This document shows positions 40,093-53,679 of a stretch of DNA of 64,000 nt, piece by piece. How positions within the stretch are numbered: the first letter of the stretch is position 1; each line of letters opens with the position of its first letter. Both the position numbers and the translations under genes were made by a program. This DNA is from Octopus vulgaris (Eukaryota): positions 16,616,001 through 16,680,000 of the forward strand of contig OX597832.1 of assembly GCA_951406725.2 (NCBI GenBank), in the 5' to 3' direction. The notes below the pieces were generated by a model. That model did no database searches, was not told the origin of the DNA, and saw only the letters and a list, made by a program, of their open reading frames with translations.

Positions 40093-40426
40093 AGTGGGGG
40101 AGCATCGTAGTCATGTGTTGAGAGGGATTCTTTGGGGTTTGAATAATTCACCTCTGAAAACATGGGTGTTTCGTTTAACATCGTTAAACAACTCTTATTC
40201 AGGGACCTTTTGAGCGGGATGGGTTACTCGATCGGAAGAAAGTTCTAACTGGGTCCCACCTGCAAGGTCATGTGATTTTTATCCTGATATGAGATCACCA
40301 TGTGGCGCACATATGGTTGGGATACATGTGCTTAGTGTACCCTTATCAGACGGGTAGTCATGATGGGTATACTGGGCTTCGTATATTTTACCCCAGTGTC
40401 ACTTTGATGGCATGCTCTGCTCTCTC
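40093..40426 (+). mobile_element. Non-coding retroposon 3' segment, copy 2
   Basis: As 38054-38591; (TAA)n on both sides. Confidence 0.85.
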
Positions 40427-40437
40427 AATAATAATGA

Positions 40438-40468
<31 letters not shown>

Positions 40469-40471
40469 AAT

Positions 40472-40540
<69 letters not shown>

Positions 40541-40662
40541 AATAATAATAATAATAATAATAGTAATGATAATAATAATAATGAGAAGAAGAAGAAGAAG
40601 AAGAAGAAGAAGAAGAAGAAGAAGAAGAAGAAGAAGAAGAAGAAGAAGAAGAAGAAGAAGAA
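40427..40662 (+). repeat. Compound (AAT)n(AAC)n(AAT)n(AAG)n
   Basis: Direct. Confidence 0.97.
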
Positions 40663-41070
40663 CTACAGCATATACTCTGCTCAATACCACATCTTTGATT
40701 GCCAGTTACGTGAACTTAACCAGTTGAGCATGTTCCTTTAAAGCTCACGATATGTGCTTCTCTGATCACGACCACAAGTAGTGGGGGAGCATCATAGCCC
40801 TGTGTTGAGAGTCATTCTTTTGGGATTTGAATAAATCACCTCTCGAAACATGGGCGTTTCGTTCAATTTCCTTAAACAACCTTTATTCCCGAACGTTTTG
40901 AAAAGGATGGGCTTCTCAACCTCAAGAAAATTCTAAATACACCCCAACTGTGATGTCAAGCGCTCTTTATCTTGATAGGAGATCGCCATGTGGCGCACAT
41001 ATGGTTGTGATGCATGTGAACTTCGTATATTTATACCCCAGTGTCACTGGACATGCACTGCTCTCTTACT
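40663..41070 (+). mobile_element. Non-coding retroposon 3' segment, copy 3 (internal deletion)
   Basis: As 38054-38591. Confidence 0.82.
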
Positions 41071-41189
41071 CTATATTAATGAAGATGATGATGTCAATGA
41101 TGATGTTGATGATAATGTTGATGCTGATGATAATGTTGATGATGTTAATAATAATAATAATAATAATAATAATCATAATAATAATAATC

Positions 41190-41235
<46 letters not shown>

Positions 41236-41236
<1 letters not shown>

Positions 41237-42182
41237 TTCCACTCCTTTCCTGCTTGGCACTGACACATTTATCGTACATGTGACACAGAACTGGATGTGG
41301 ATATAGCTGTTACGGCAAAACAAGCTACCATTCCTTGTATTTTGGAAACATTACTATAGATAGTACATGGATTTACTAAAGACATAAACATGAATCTTGG
41401 CTTATAGAAATGTGCCAAAGCAACCTTGAAAAGAATTAAAGTACTTAAGAATAGCATCATCACAGTAGATAAATCAAATGAAATAAGAGAAGTAGACTAA
41501 AGTCAGACACACAAATGCTTAGGAATCAATGAACTAGATAGGATACAACATACACAAATGACAGAGAAGATAATAAAGAAATACTATAGACGATTTATTT
41601 ATATTGGAAATAGAGATCAATGCGAAAAACAATTATCAACACACTAGCCGTCCCAGTTACAAGTTAGAGCTACAATATTTTAACTGGGCTCTAAATGATA
41701 TAATCAAAATAGACAGGGAAACAAGAAAATTAATGAGAGGATATAGAATGCACCAACCAAAATCGAGCATAGGAAAACTACATATACACCGTATCGAAAG
41801 TGGTAGAGGCCTGATACTTCTAGAAAACTATTAGAAAATAACCACCATACGACTACTGAAATAGCAATTCCAGATGCAAGGAACACTTATAGACATAGCT
41901 AGAAAACATGAACAAAACAAAAACAAATGTTTTTTTCCTTTTTGTCTTTAAGGAAGCTGTCATATACAAATAAGCAGTCATAGTGTCAAACAACTATGAA
42001 GAAAATGCTGTAAAACAATTGAAATCCAAACTAAAACAGCAATGTATCATGATAAAACGATGGCAAGAAGAGCCCCCTGCATAGGAAATACTGAGTTAAA
42101 CTAAATGGAAAAGAAATAGACAAAGCAAAATCCCAACAAAGGCTGAGAAGAGCAGGACTCAAATCGGAGACTGAAAGATTTT
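41236..42182 (+). mobile_element. R4/Dong-like LINE fragment: end of RT and thumb region
   Basis: VHGFTKDINMNLGL*KCAK, HKCLGI (YKYLG-like), IDRETRKLM..MHQPKS..KLHIHRIESGRGL, RWQE, AGLKSETE. Confidence 0.88.
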
Positions 42183-42229
42183 AAGAATAAATTCAATATG
42201 AATCTTTAACACCACCCACGTGCAGGAGT

Positions 42230-43163
42230 GGCAAATTTATACTTACTTAGAAAGGAAGGTGGGAGATTGCGATGAATTAGCTGTAGTAAATATAGATTCC
42301 TACGTAGATAATAGTGAAGAAAGTTTAACGGCTTCAGTCACAGCAAGTTAAAAACCAGAAAAAAGAACAACATTTATCTGACTATCAGGAGAAGGCTTTG
42401 CCTGGTAGGTTCCCAAAACTAGTTGTTGCAAATAGCAGTAGTGAGGCATGGTTATGGTTGCAGAATGAAGGCTGAAAAAAATAGACAGAAACTTTTTGAG
42501 CAGCAAAAAGCCAAAACAGACAAAGACCATGAAGATTCCTACTGTAGTTTATGCAAATCAGAAGAGGAAATCGTTATTCAAATACTAAGTGAATGTAGCA
42601 TTTTGGCAAAGAAAGAATACAAGAAAAGACATGACATCCTAGGGATAGTAATCCACTGGGAGAAGTGTAGAAAGCTAGGATTTGACCGTACAGATAAATG
42701 GTATGAACATGAACCTAGTAAAGTACTAGAAATTAAGAAATATAATATTAATAAGTATATAGAGACTGACAGAGTAATAGAAGCTAGAATACCTGATTTA
42801 ATAGTGGTAGACAAGGAATAGAAATGCCAGAGAATTTATTTTACAGTCCCAAATGATGACAATATCGATATGAGAAGTATGGAAAATAGCAAAGTACGAG
42901 TTCCTAGCCATTGAATTATAGAGATTATGGAAAGTGCGGGTAAAATGTATCTCAGTGGTTATAGGTGCTTTATGAACTCTTCCTAAATGTCTGAACATAT
43001 GGATAGACGAAATAGGTATAAAACTCAGTTCAGTACAGCTTAGTAAAATAGTGTTATTACGGACAGCTATGATAATTTAGGAGTTTGGGGGAGGGGCTTC
43101 TAAGTGTACATCTTACAGCCCGATGTTAGCAATTTTCTTTTCCAAGAGCCTATGTTGTGTGTA
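42230..43163 (+). mobile_element. R4/Dong-like LINE 3' fragment of a different family
   Basis: CSLCKSEEE..ILSEC..EYKKRHD..IHW..KWYEHEP..RIPDLIVVDKE..VVIGAL; followed by (CTA)n(ATA)n. Confidence 0.9.
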
Positions 43164-43262
<99 letters not shown>

Positions 43263-43346
43263 TAATAATAATAATAATAGGAAGGATAGGAAAATGTACT
43301 GAAAGATATTTGAGAAAGATACGAGGCTTAACATTCCTACATAAAC

Positions 43347-43589
43347 CTAACAACTCTTTTGCCATCGAAACATGCACGACGACCGGCATCATTCCTTTCA
43401 GTATCCATTCCACGTCTGTCTGGCTCGCCATCGCTGGCTGTTTTGTATTTACGAAGACACATCTATACAACATATTTATCTTCTTTGTATGTGCTAAGAC
43501 CACGGTGAGGATAGCAATATCAGCTCGCGTTTTCTCAGGCCTTGCTAATTTAGCTGCCTCAGCTAGACATATGTCTTTCTGAAGAAGAT
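43347..43589 (-). CDS. Candidate symmetric (phase 1-1) 243-nt internal exon, uncharacterised protein
   Basis: tttactttgtatag|ATCTTC...TTAG|gtttat; 81 open codons (LLQKDICLAEAAKLARPEKTRADIAILTVV..VEWILKGMMP..); unique sequence amid repeats; the donor is weak. Confidence 0.45.
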
Positions 43590-44187
43590 CTATACAAAGT
43601 AAATTCCTTGCCCTTGGTTGCCGTTGCACCGAATGAAATTTTTCCATTTATTGCGATATTATTAGTTGTAGTGGTGGTGGTGGCGGTGGCGGAGTTAGTT
43701 GTGGTGCTGCTACTATGTACAGTCTTTTGTGTTGGAAAATTCTATTGGATTGTAGGGAATTCAGCTTCGTAGTTTTTTATGTCACTGAATTTGTTACTAC
43801 TATTATTTTTGATTGCCGACTTGGCAATTTTCAGCGCGTGAAATTCCATATGATGTGTGCTCGATTCCTTTCCTATTTATAGGTAGTATGGGGAGTGCAT
43901 ACGGCATATTTCAACTTTGTACGTGAAACGCATATCACCTCTTCTTCTATATCTTTCATCAAGCTTGAATATTATTTTAATTTTTTTTTTTCAAAATTAA
44001 TTTTGAAAAAGTTATTTTGAGATGACAGCCTCAAAAGGGGAAATAATAACCCAACAGAGCCAACTTATGCATATGCAGTGTCTTGGTTAAATACGTAGAA
44101 ACGAAATAAGTAATTAACAACTTTTGGAAACTAAAATTTAGAACAAAAACTTACGATCAGACAAACACGTGCATTCCGTTAGGGCGA

Positions 44188-44625
<438 letters not shown>

Positions 44626-44639
44626 GAGGATGATCATAA

Positions 44640-45095
44640 TGGGGGTGCTGATAAAAACTGAGAATTTTGCATAAACATGTGCCAAGCAAGGTACAAGACA
44701 ACGACCAGGGAATATACTGGTTCAAACTCACAGAGAAATAAAGGCTAATTATACAGATATAACAACCAAGGATTCTCAAAAGTAATCCATCTGCTTACTG
44801 ATAGATATTGAAAACCCTTCTGATCAAGATATTATTGCAAAAGAAGGGGATAGGTTTGCAATCTAAAAAGAACTCGTAATGATGTGGTGCATCAAAGTGA
44901 AATCAGTGCCAATACTAATTGGAGCATTGGACAGGAAAAAAAATTATATATAAAAAAGGTAGAACTTTGTCTAAACTCTCTGTACTAGACATTAATTTAA
45001 AATAGCCCTACATGGAACAGCCCACTTCTTACGCAATACCATATCAATTCACTAAGTCAGCACAAACAAGACAATCCACAAACACACTCTAGACG
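44640..45095 (+). mobile_element. Decayed R4/Dong-like RLE fragment
   Basis: KHVPSKV, QTHREIKAN, CLLIDIENPSD, VPILIGAL, IALHGTAHFLRNTISIH*. Confidence 0.82.
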
Positions 45096-45154
45096 GTAAT
45101 TAATATTAATAATATTAATAATAATAATAATATATATATATATATATATATATA

Positions 45155-45280
45155 TTCTACTTAATTTATTGACCCTGAATGGGTGAAAGGCAAAGTCGAC
45201 CTCGGCGGAATTTGAACTCTGAAGAAATGTTGTTAAGCATTTTGCTCGGTGTGCTAACGTTTCTGCCAGCTTTACGCCTT
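45155..45280 (-). mobile_element. Family-1 SINE 5' fragment
   Basis: gaaaggcaaagtcgacctcggcggaatttgaactc..gtgctaacgtttctgccagct. Confidence 0.85.
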
Positions 45281-45293
45281 AATGATGATGATG

Positions 45294-45348
<55 letters not shown>

Positions 45349-45349
<1 letters not shown>

Positions 45350-45910
45350 CTACATACATTGGAAGCTATGCCAACATTATGGAATAACAACAGAAAAAAG
45401 ATGGTATAGGCACACACCAGAAAAGGTCACAGAAAACGAGAAAGCAACCATACTCTGGGATATGCCGATACACACAGATAGAGAAATTAAGGCCAACAGA
45501 CCAGATATAGTTGTCAGAGATCATGAAGAATAAAAAATGCTTTCTAATTGATGTATCAATACCGGCAGATGACAACGTGTCTCTAAAAGAAATGGAGAAA
45601 CTCTCAAAATACAAAGACCTGGAAATAGAGGTAACTAGAATGTGGGACCTGAAAACAGAAACAATTCCTATCATAGTAGGTGCATTAGGCATGATAAAAA
45701 AATATTCAGACAAATACATAACAAAAACACCAGGACTTACAAACACATATAACATACAGAAAATTACACTACTAGGCACTGCACACATCCTACGCAGAAC
45801 ACTTTCCATACAATAACCATCAGAGCATCACAACAAATCACAGCACATACCCAAGGCACACAGAGCTGCGCTCGGTAGTGAAGTGAAAGCACGCTATAAA
45901 AATAAAACTA

Positions 45911-45913
<3 letters not shown>
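45349..45913 (+). mobile_element. Well-preserved 5'-truncated R4/Dong-like LINE (RLE domain + 3' UTR)
   Basis: YIHWKLC..ILWDMPIHTDREIKANRPDIVV / CFLIDVSIP..EKLSKYKDLEIE..PIIVGALG..TAHILRRTLSIQ*; a single frameshift near 45531; pure (TAA)n on both sides. Confidence 0.95.
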
Positions 45914-45999
<86 letters not shown>

Positions 46000-46687
46000 T
46001 AGTTGTTACACGAACAACAACAATAACAGCAAAATATGAACGCCACTAACGACACACTCTAACGATAAATATCCTTAGATCATATCAAGGTTTCGCTGAG
46101 AAACATAAAACTATACACCCTGTGGCATTTCCCATTTCACAAATCAGATTTAACATATAATCAATGACATCGTCTCATATTGATTATATTTTACTCCTTT
46201 GCCTTTGCTCACGTTTAACGTTGCTCTTCTTGCATTTTTTTAATATTATATTTTCTATATTATTGGTCTTATATTTTTGATGGTAAAATTGATATACTTT
46301 TGCGGAAAAAAAATCAATCAAAATGTTCCTGTCTTATAAATAGCCAATTGCTTGATTAGGTCACATTTATGTTCCGAACAAATAGTATTACACATGGTAT
46401 TTTATTTTATGTTATTTTTTTTTGTTTGTTTGTATGATTTTTTTTTGTTTTGTTTTCCGTTCATATATTTTTTCAGCCTTCATTAAGTTTATTTGATTCA
46501 ATCGATGAAACACATACATATACCCATGAACACACACAGACACAAACCTGCACATTAACACAGAGAAACATACACACTCATACATATGTGTGTTTATGTG
46601 TTTACATGTGTGTGTAATCTATACTTGTATTTATGCATATATATAAACGACTATGCGTATATGTGTTCGTATGTCTGTGTGTGTCCG

Positions 46688-46689
<2 letters not shown>

Positions 46690-46725
<36 letters not shown>

Positions 46726-46744
46726 TGTATATGCAAACATATAA

Positions 46745-46787
<43 letters not shown>

Positions 46788-46823
46788 TGAATATGTGTGT
46801 GTATATATATATATGTATGTGTG

Positions 46824-46878
<55 letters not shown>

Positions 46879-46902
46879 ATATATATGTATATATATATAT
46901 AT

Positions 46903-46933
<31 letters not shown>

Positions 46934-47045
46934 GTATGCATATATATGTGTATATATATATGTATATATGTGTATATATGTATATATGTATATATATATA
47001 TATATGTGTGTGTGTATGTGTGTGTGTGTGTGCGTGTGTGTGCAT
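46690..47045. repeat. Degenerate (TA)n/(TG)n microsatellite field (a second one at 47405-47662)
   Basis: Direct. Confidence 0.95.
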
Positions 47046-47467
47046 ACGAAAAATTTCTTCAAATATATGAATATACAACACGTTCAGATATGCAAAAATG
47101 AAACCACAGTTACATACACACACACACACACACTAACACACATACACGCATATACATACGTTGGCAATGTATATGAGTTTGTTAAATATAGCTACAGAAG
47201 ACTATAAATTTTCCTGTTTGATACCTTATGATATTGATATCAATGCCTTCTCCTTTTTCTGTTTCTTCCTCATCACGATTTTGTATTTCTTTCTCACCCC
47301 AGTTCTCTCTTTCGATGCGCTGCTCTTGTAGCTGTTTTTGTTTTGACCGCTCTCTAAATTAAGAACATTTGAAATAATTACAACTTCACATTATATATGC
47401 TCGAGTATATGTATGTATATATATATATATGTTTGTATGTATGTATATATATATATATGTTTGTATG

Positions 47468-47521
<54 letters not shown>

Positions 47522-47592
47522 AGTATATGTATGTTTGTATATATACATATATATATATTTGTATGCATGCATGTATATATACATATAACATA

Positions 47593-47647
<55 letters not shown>

Positions 47648-47913
47648 TATATATATATATATTAGTTCAAAATATATTCAATCATGCAAGCACGTTTCTG
47701 TTCTTCGCACTTACATTCAATGACATACCAAAATGCGCTTCAATGTATACCCTCTACATGTGGTGAGTGCATATGTATCTATAAATATGCGTGTACATAC
47801 ATGTATGTGTGTGTGTTTGTGTGTCTATGTTATTTATATCATCGAAACTTGTAAATGTCTACCCATTTTTAGCTCCACTGTATACATAGACATTAACATA
47901 TATATTCAAACCC

Positions 47914-48160
<247 letters not shown>

Positions 48161-48444
48161 TGTATTTATATTTATATTTATAGTTATGTATATATGTATG
48201 TATGCATATGCTTCAATGTGTTGTGTTTTAGCGTAGTAGAACAAATGAAAGGTCTTTTTTAGTATGATATTTTTGCCCTTTATGGGGAGTTTACCTACTG
48301 AGCTCGTCCATTTAAAAGGCTCAACCAGCTTCCACTTAAATATGTGGAAAGGAACGTGAAGCAATCCAGTAAATGCAAAATATTCCGCACAAATTGAAAT
48401 ACGTGAATGTTCATAGATAAGAGAGTATAAAATAAATAATGATT

Positions 48445-48660
48445 TCAAAGTTTGGCAGAAGATCAGTAACTTCTGGGAAGAGGGTAAGTCAACTAAATCG
48501 ATCCCCGTATTCAATTGGTACTTATCTTATCTACCCCACCGAGAGGATGGCAGAAAAGTTGGCCACACTTGTTTTTCAAATCGGAGCATAAAGGTAAACG
48601 ATACCGCTAAGCATTTTGTTGGAACTGCTTTGCTCGGTGAGCTAATGAGTCTGCCATATA
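48445..48660 (-). mobile_element. Decayed family-1-related SINE
   Basis: taagtcaactaaatcgatcccc..tggtactta..ataccgctaagcatttt. Confidence 0.65.
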
Positions 48661-49551
48661 GCCAAATTAATGAAATTAAATAAATAATGAAATGAAACTA
48701 TCGTTATAAGATATATATTATCGAGTTAAATATATTTTTTTATGTAGCATGTGGGTTAGTTAAATAATTCAGTACACTAGAACAAATAAACAATGGAATC
48801 TTTAGGGAAAATTTAATGAATCTGGGTTATTCTATAATTTGCCATACGCTACATCTTTAGTAGTTACGTTTGTAAATGCATTCAGTGAGAGGCCTTTATA
48901 ATGCCGTAGCGAGAAAATAACCAAACTATTATATCTAGTGAAAACCAAGGTGTAAAATGGCTGACAACTCCGACAAGCATATAGTAAGAGATAAAATCTA
49001 TTGTGGCACCAATACCAATAGCTTAGGCGAGATAAAAGATGACCTCTAGGCTTGATCGTCTAAACAACTAGGCATGTATTCCAATAAGGCTATGGGTAAG
49101 TACAATGTTATTAATAGAGATAATATATTTTGGGTTCAATGATGCGTCAAGAGTCACATGGAAGGAAGGGGAAAATAAGAGAGTGGAGAAAGAGAATATG
49201 GGAGACAAAGGGAGAGAGACTAGAGTTGCCATGTTTACCTTGAGGGGACCCTTCGAGTTGACTCGTGGTTAAATAAAAGCTCTAGTATTTATATCATAAA
49301 TAGTCTTATTCTATGTTGTAACACAACCTCCACATTAATTTGGAAATAATATTGCCTGTTACGTTAATATTGTTCCTGCCACTGTTACTTATTTTGTAAT
49401 TCTTTCAGTTTCATATATGCTAATTCAGTGCCTATGTAGACACAATGGGCAACGAAATTTTATGTGTCGTTGATAAGGATATTCGGCAGTGTTGTCGCTA
49501 CTGGATGTCTGCAACTAAATCGGCAAAACAGGCTGAGATCACTTAATGTGA

Positions 49552-49780
49552 CGGCGAGCTGGCAGAAACGTTAGCACCTGGGCGAAATGCTTAGCGATAT
49601 TTCGTCTGCGTTAGGTGGTGAGTTCAAATTCCGCCAAGGTCGACTTTGCCATTCATCCTTTCGGGGTCGATAAATTAAGTACCAGTTACGTACTGGGGTC
49701 GATGTAATCGACTTAATACCTATGCCTGTCCTTGTTTGTCCCCTCTGTGTTTAGCCCCTTGTGGGTAATAAAGAAATAAG
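49552..49780 (+). mobile_element. Full-length family-1 SINE
   Basis: ggcgagctggcagaaacgttagcac..gagttcaaattcc..gtgggtaataaagaaataag. Confidence 0.92.
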
Positions 49781-50010
49781 TTCTCATCAGCCAATCATAT
49801 AGGAGTGTTTCTATACATCATAAGTTCATATGAGAAGTCCTTTCAAGGTAAATAAGGTGGTAATTTGTGTCTTGACACAAACTCCACGCTACATTGCAGA
49901 TAATGGTTACCATTTAATACACACAGACACACAAACACAAACACACGAACATACATACAGACACAAACACACATATATATATATATATATATATACATAT
50001 ATATAAATAC

Positions 50011-50088
<78 letters not shown>

Positions 50089-50644
50089 GTATATATATAT
50101 TTGTATATGTAAATATATTTTATTAAAAAAGAACGAAGAAAAAGACAAGAATAAACAACAACGTGAGTTCGTAGTACATACAAAATATTAATGAGACACT
50201 CAGTGAAAGGAAGAGGTGGTTGTTTTACGTTTCCAGCGTAACAGGTGTTATAGGAAAGTTCAAAAGAAAAGCAAGGAGAAAAAATCGCCAACAGTCCACG
50301 TGTAGTTACATTTTTAAGTGACCGGAAGTGGATGGACAAAAACGGAAATTGCTTTCTGGGAATTGATATTGTGAAGAATAGTTGGTATCTGTGTGTTTGT
50401 GTGTGTATATATATATATATATATATTGAGAGAGAGAGAAAGAAAGAGGGAGGGTGAGAAAGAAAGAGAGAAAGGGATAGAGTAATACACCGCTATAAAG
50501 ATGTTGAGAGCAGATACAGAGGAATACATACCCGAACGTAGTATGATGTCTGTGCTGTCGGAATGTTAAAAGACGGTATTTGTGAATGTCGGCTTTGCGG
50601 TGTTCGCTCTGTCTGCTGCTTAAGTGTAAGATATTCATTTATAC

Positions 50645-51316
50645 TCTAGGCACAAAGTCCAAATTTTTGGTGGTGGGGGCCAGTCGATTAGCACGCATTA
50701 GTGCTTTATTTATCCACGCTGAAAGGATGGAAAGCAAAGTCTACCTCGTCAGAATTTGAACTCAGAACATAAAGACAAACGAAATACCTATTTCTTTACT
50801 ACCCACAAGGTGCTAAACACAGAGATGACAAACAAGGACAGACAAACGCATTAAGTCGATTATATCGACTCCAGTGGCTAACTGGTACTTACTTAATCGA
50901 CCCCGAAAGTATGAAAGGCAAAATCAACCCCGGCGGAATTTGAACTCAGAACGTAGCGGCAGACCAAATACCTATTTCTTTACTACCAAGAAGGGGATAA
51001 ACACAGAGGAAAAACATGGACAAACAAACCGATTAAGTCGATTATATGGACCACAGTGCGTAACTGGTACTTATTTAATCGACCCCGAAATGCTGAAAGG
51101 CAAAGTCAACCTCGACGGAATTTTAGCTCAGAACGTAGCGGCAGACGAAATATCTATTTTTTTACTACCCGCAAGGGGCTAAAAACAGAGGAGTCAAACA
51201 AGGACAAACAGACGGATTAAGTCAATTAAGTCGACCTCGGTGGAATTTGAACTCAGATGAAATACCGTTAAGTATTTCGCCCGGCGTGCCAACTATTCTA
51301 CCAGATCGCCGCCTTT
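50645..51316 (-). mobile_element. Tandem family-1 SINE array: one head plus four bodies
   Basis: Junctions aaata(c/t)c|tattt at ~50788, 50972 and 51154; the last body carries the alternative tail. Confidence 0.9.
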
Positions 51317-51629
51317 CATTTTGGTTGACATGTTATTTTCTTTTCATAAAATATTTCTATACCTCGTGGATCTCCAGCGAGATTTACTCGCGTTGTACCG
51401 TAAGGTTTCGCTTTTGCAAGCGTGTTTCTTTAGTAAAACAATTTTTTTTTCTAAATACTACATCGTCTCATTGTCAAAATTACTTCCTATTACTGTTCAA
51501 CTTTGATAAGGCTCGAACCAGCTCAGTTACTCACATATTCATTCCACCCGACATTAATATATGACTGTTGGTATTTTGCTACTCTTTTACAAAACTTTCT
51601 TCTCGAAATGAGATGAAATCCATGTACTA

Positions 51630-52193
51630 TTGGGTTGTCCGGAAATTTCGTGCCAATTTTTAAAGGAAAGAAAAAGCTCAATAAATACTTGCCATTACAG
51701 TTAATCAACAAAATATGAACCATTTTGTTGCACAATGTGTCTCCATCTTTCCTTTAACTTGAAAATACCTTCTTCCCAGAATTGAGGTGGTTTCATGGCA
51801 AATAATTCATCAATGTATCTGTTTACGTCACCCAAGGAATTGAAATTTGTACCATAAAGACAATTCTGCAGAGACCTGAATAAGTAGAGATCCGAAGGAG
51901 CACTATCTGGTGAATATGGAGGGTGGTGTAACACATCCCAGCCGAGCTGCAGCAATTTTTTACTGGTTCCCAAAGCATCAAGTGCCGAAAATGAACTTTG
52001 TTGGCTTCCATTTTAAAGGGTTACAGAATTGACACAGGTTATAGGAACATAAATCTTCTTTCACGAAAAGATTGCTTAAACTGTGCTCTAAATGGAGGTG
52101 TAGTAAAAACCTGTTTTACGGACTGAACCCTGTTCTAAAATAAGTCGCAAAGTAAGCTACTGTAAATAGGCACGAAATTTCCGGACAACCCAA
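51630..52193 (-). mobile_element. 564-bp internally deleted mariner (mellifera-like) with perfect 25-bp TIRs and TA TSD
   Basis: ttgggttgtccggaaatttcgtgcc (51630-51654) / ggcacgaaatttccggacaacccaa (52169-52193), TA on both sides. MEANKVHFRHLML is joined out of frame to QLGWDVLHHPPYSPDSAPSD..ERW..QNGSY. Confidence 0.96.
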
Positions 52194-52483
52194 TAGATTA
52201 TTTTGATATTTTAACAGCTAGGAACTAATGATCAATTAGAAAGTGCAGGTAAAGAAGAATATCATATTTTTTTGTACCGAAGATATGTCTTAACATTACG
52301 GGCAGAAACACAGGAAACACATATTTGGCACTAACTGTAAACCTTTGAATTCTTTCCTCCCAATTATATCTGACTGATATATTGAGATTTATCTCTTCTT
52401 TACAGTAAGACAGTTATGTAATCATTAAGCTTCGTTTTCTGAATATTCTCCAACGAATCGCTATTTTAGTGGATGCTCTTGGT

Positions 52484-52561
52484 TTACTCTGATATGTGAA
52501 ACGTCGAATGATTTACTTCGCCACTATTCCCGTCATGTAAATTGTACCGTAAATGACATTT
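52484..52561 (-). CDS. Candidate terminal exon of gene B: KCHLRYNLHDGNSGEVNHSTFHISE*
   Basis: Acceptor ttttcccatctgcttcctcag|AAATGT, phase 0, compatible with the donor at 53419. Confidence 0.5.
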   Translation of the reverse strand, partial: KCHLRYNLHDGNSGEVNHSTFHISE

Positions 52562-53418
52562 CTGAGGAAGCAGATGGGAAAACAGTTGGTACTTTGTGAA
52601 AGCTATTTAGTGAATTCTGCCAACATTAATTTCAAAAATAAGAAATAGATATGGCGAACAGCTTTTCTAATATGGATATATAAAGTAGGATGGTGCTCCG
52701 TTTTAAACAGAATTTAAATGTATTATCCTCGTGATTTAACAGACTAATCAAGTTTTCTTAGTACAGAGATTAAAAATTGCACCGTTTAGAAAATATAACC
52801 TTCCTCATGATCATATTGTAAAAGTTATGCATTTCGTCCTTTTACGAAATTATGTAAAACTACGAATAGCGAATTATCTGCCCATAAGGTTTAAATTTTG
52901 CCTCGATTATAGTTCAAACATTCAAATGTTGATACTTTGTTCCTGTTGTTATTTCTTTTTGACTTTCGTTGAAGTGGTTGTTCTTTTAAGTTTGACTAAT
53001 TTTAACATTTGAAATGTAGTAAAATATTTCCGATATTAAATTACACCTCTTCGTTGCTTTTATTGATGAAGGTTAAATGACTTGTACTGCAGATATTTTA
53101 ACTGTGTTAGGGTTTTCTCTTTATTTTTGGTGTTTTGCATTTTGTATTCAAAGAGTTAATCTATCCTCAAGTTGATGGTATTGATTTTAGAAGAACTTTG
53201 GGAAAAAATAATTCTTAGTAAACATCAGAACTGAGCTAACGTTAATACCGTTCACTGTACAAGTAATTAGAGAAATAGTCATAAATCTTTGTATGTCATG
53301 GTGGAGAAGATAACCCTATTAATTGGTAAATCGTTTCTCAAATTCCCGTTCAACTGGAGAAAAGGTGTGCGGTGGCGTTGAATTCCTTTAAATCAACATA
53401 TTATTACATAACACTCAC

Positions 53419-53679
53419 CGCTTTGATAATATGGACTGTTACCGAAGTCGAACAGACATTTTCCATTGGATAAAATATTGCATTTCGTGTTGGCAAAATT
53501 ACAGATCGAACATTATCAGTTTTCCCTTCGCTTGCTTCACTGATTTCCTTAGAGTAACTTAATAGGTCATCTACAGAACAATTTTTACCGTTCATTGCAG
53601 ATACATTGATCAAATTATCGGTTTTATTTAGCACTTTGTTAAGCTGATATAAGGAAGGTGAGTTACTTTTAACCCTATA
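53419..53679 (-). CDS. Candidate 261-nt phase 0-0 exon of gene B
   Basis: ccgtttcag|TATAGG...AAAGCG|gtgagt; 87 open codons YRVKSNSP..NLINVSAMNGKNCSV..NVCSTSVTVHIIKA. Confidence 0.55.

Noticed and set aside
46651-47646. Many YI/HT/CV-rich ORFs (also near 12, 5800, 13900, 27700, 33100, 49900 and 58200)
   Set aside because: Dinucleotide microsatellite translations.
49552-49635. tRNA gene-like A/B boxes (also at 7990, 9334, 15895 and 35040)
   Set aside because: They lack a full cloverleaf and, except at 9334, continue into SINE bodies.
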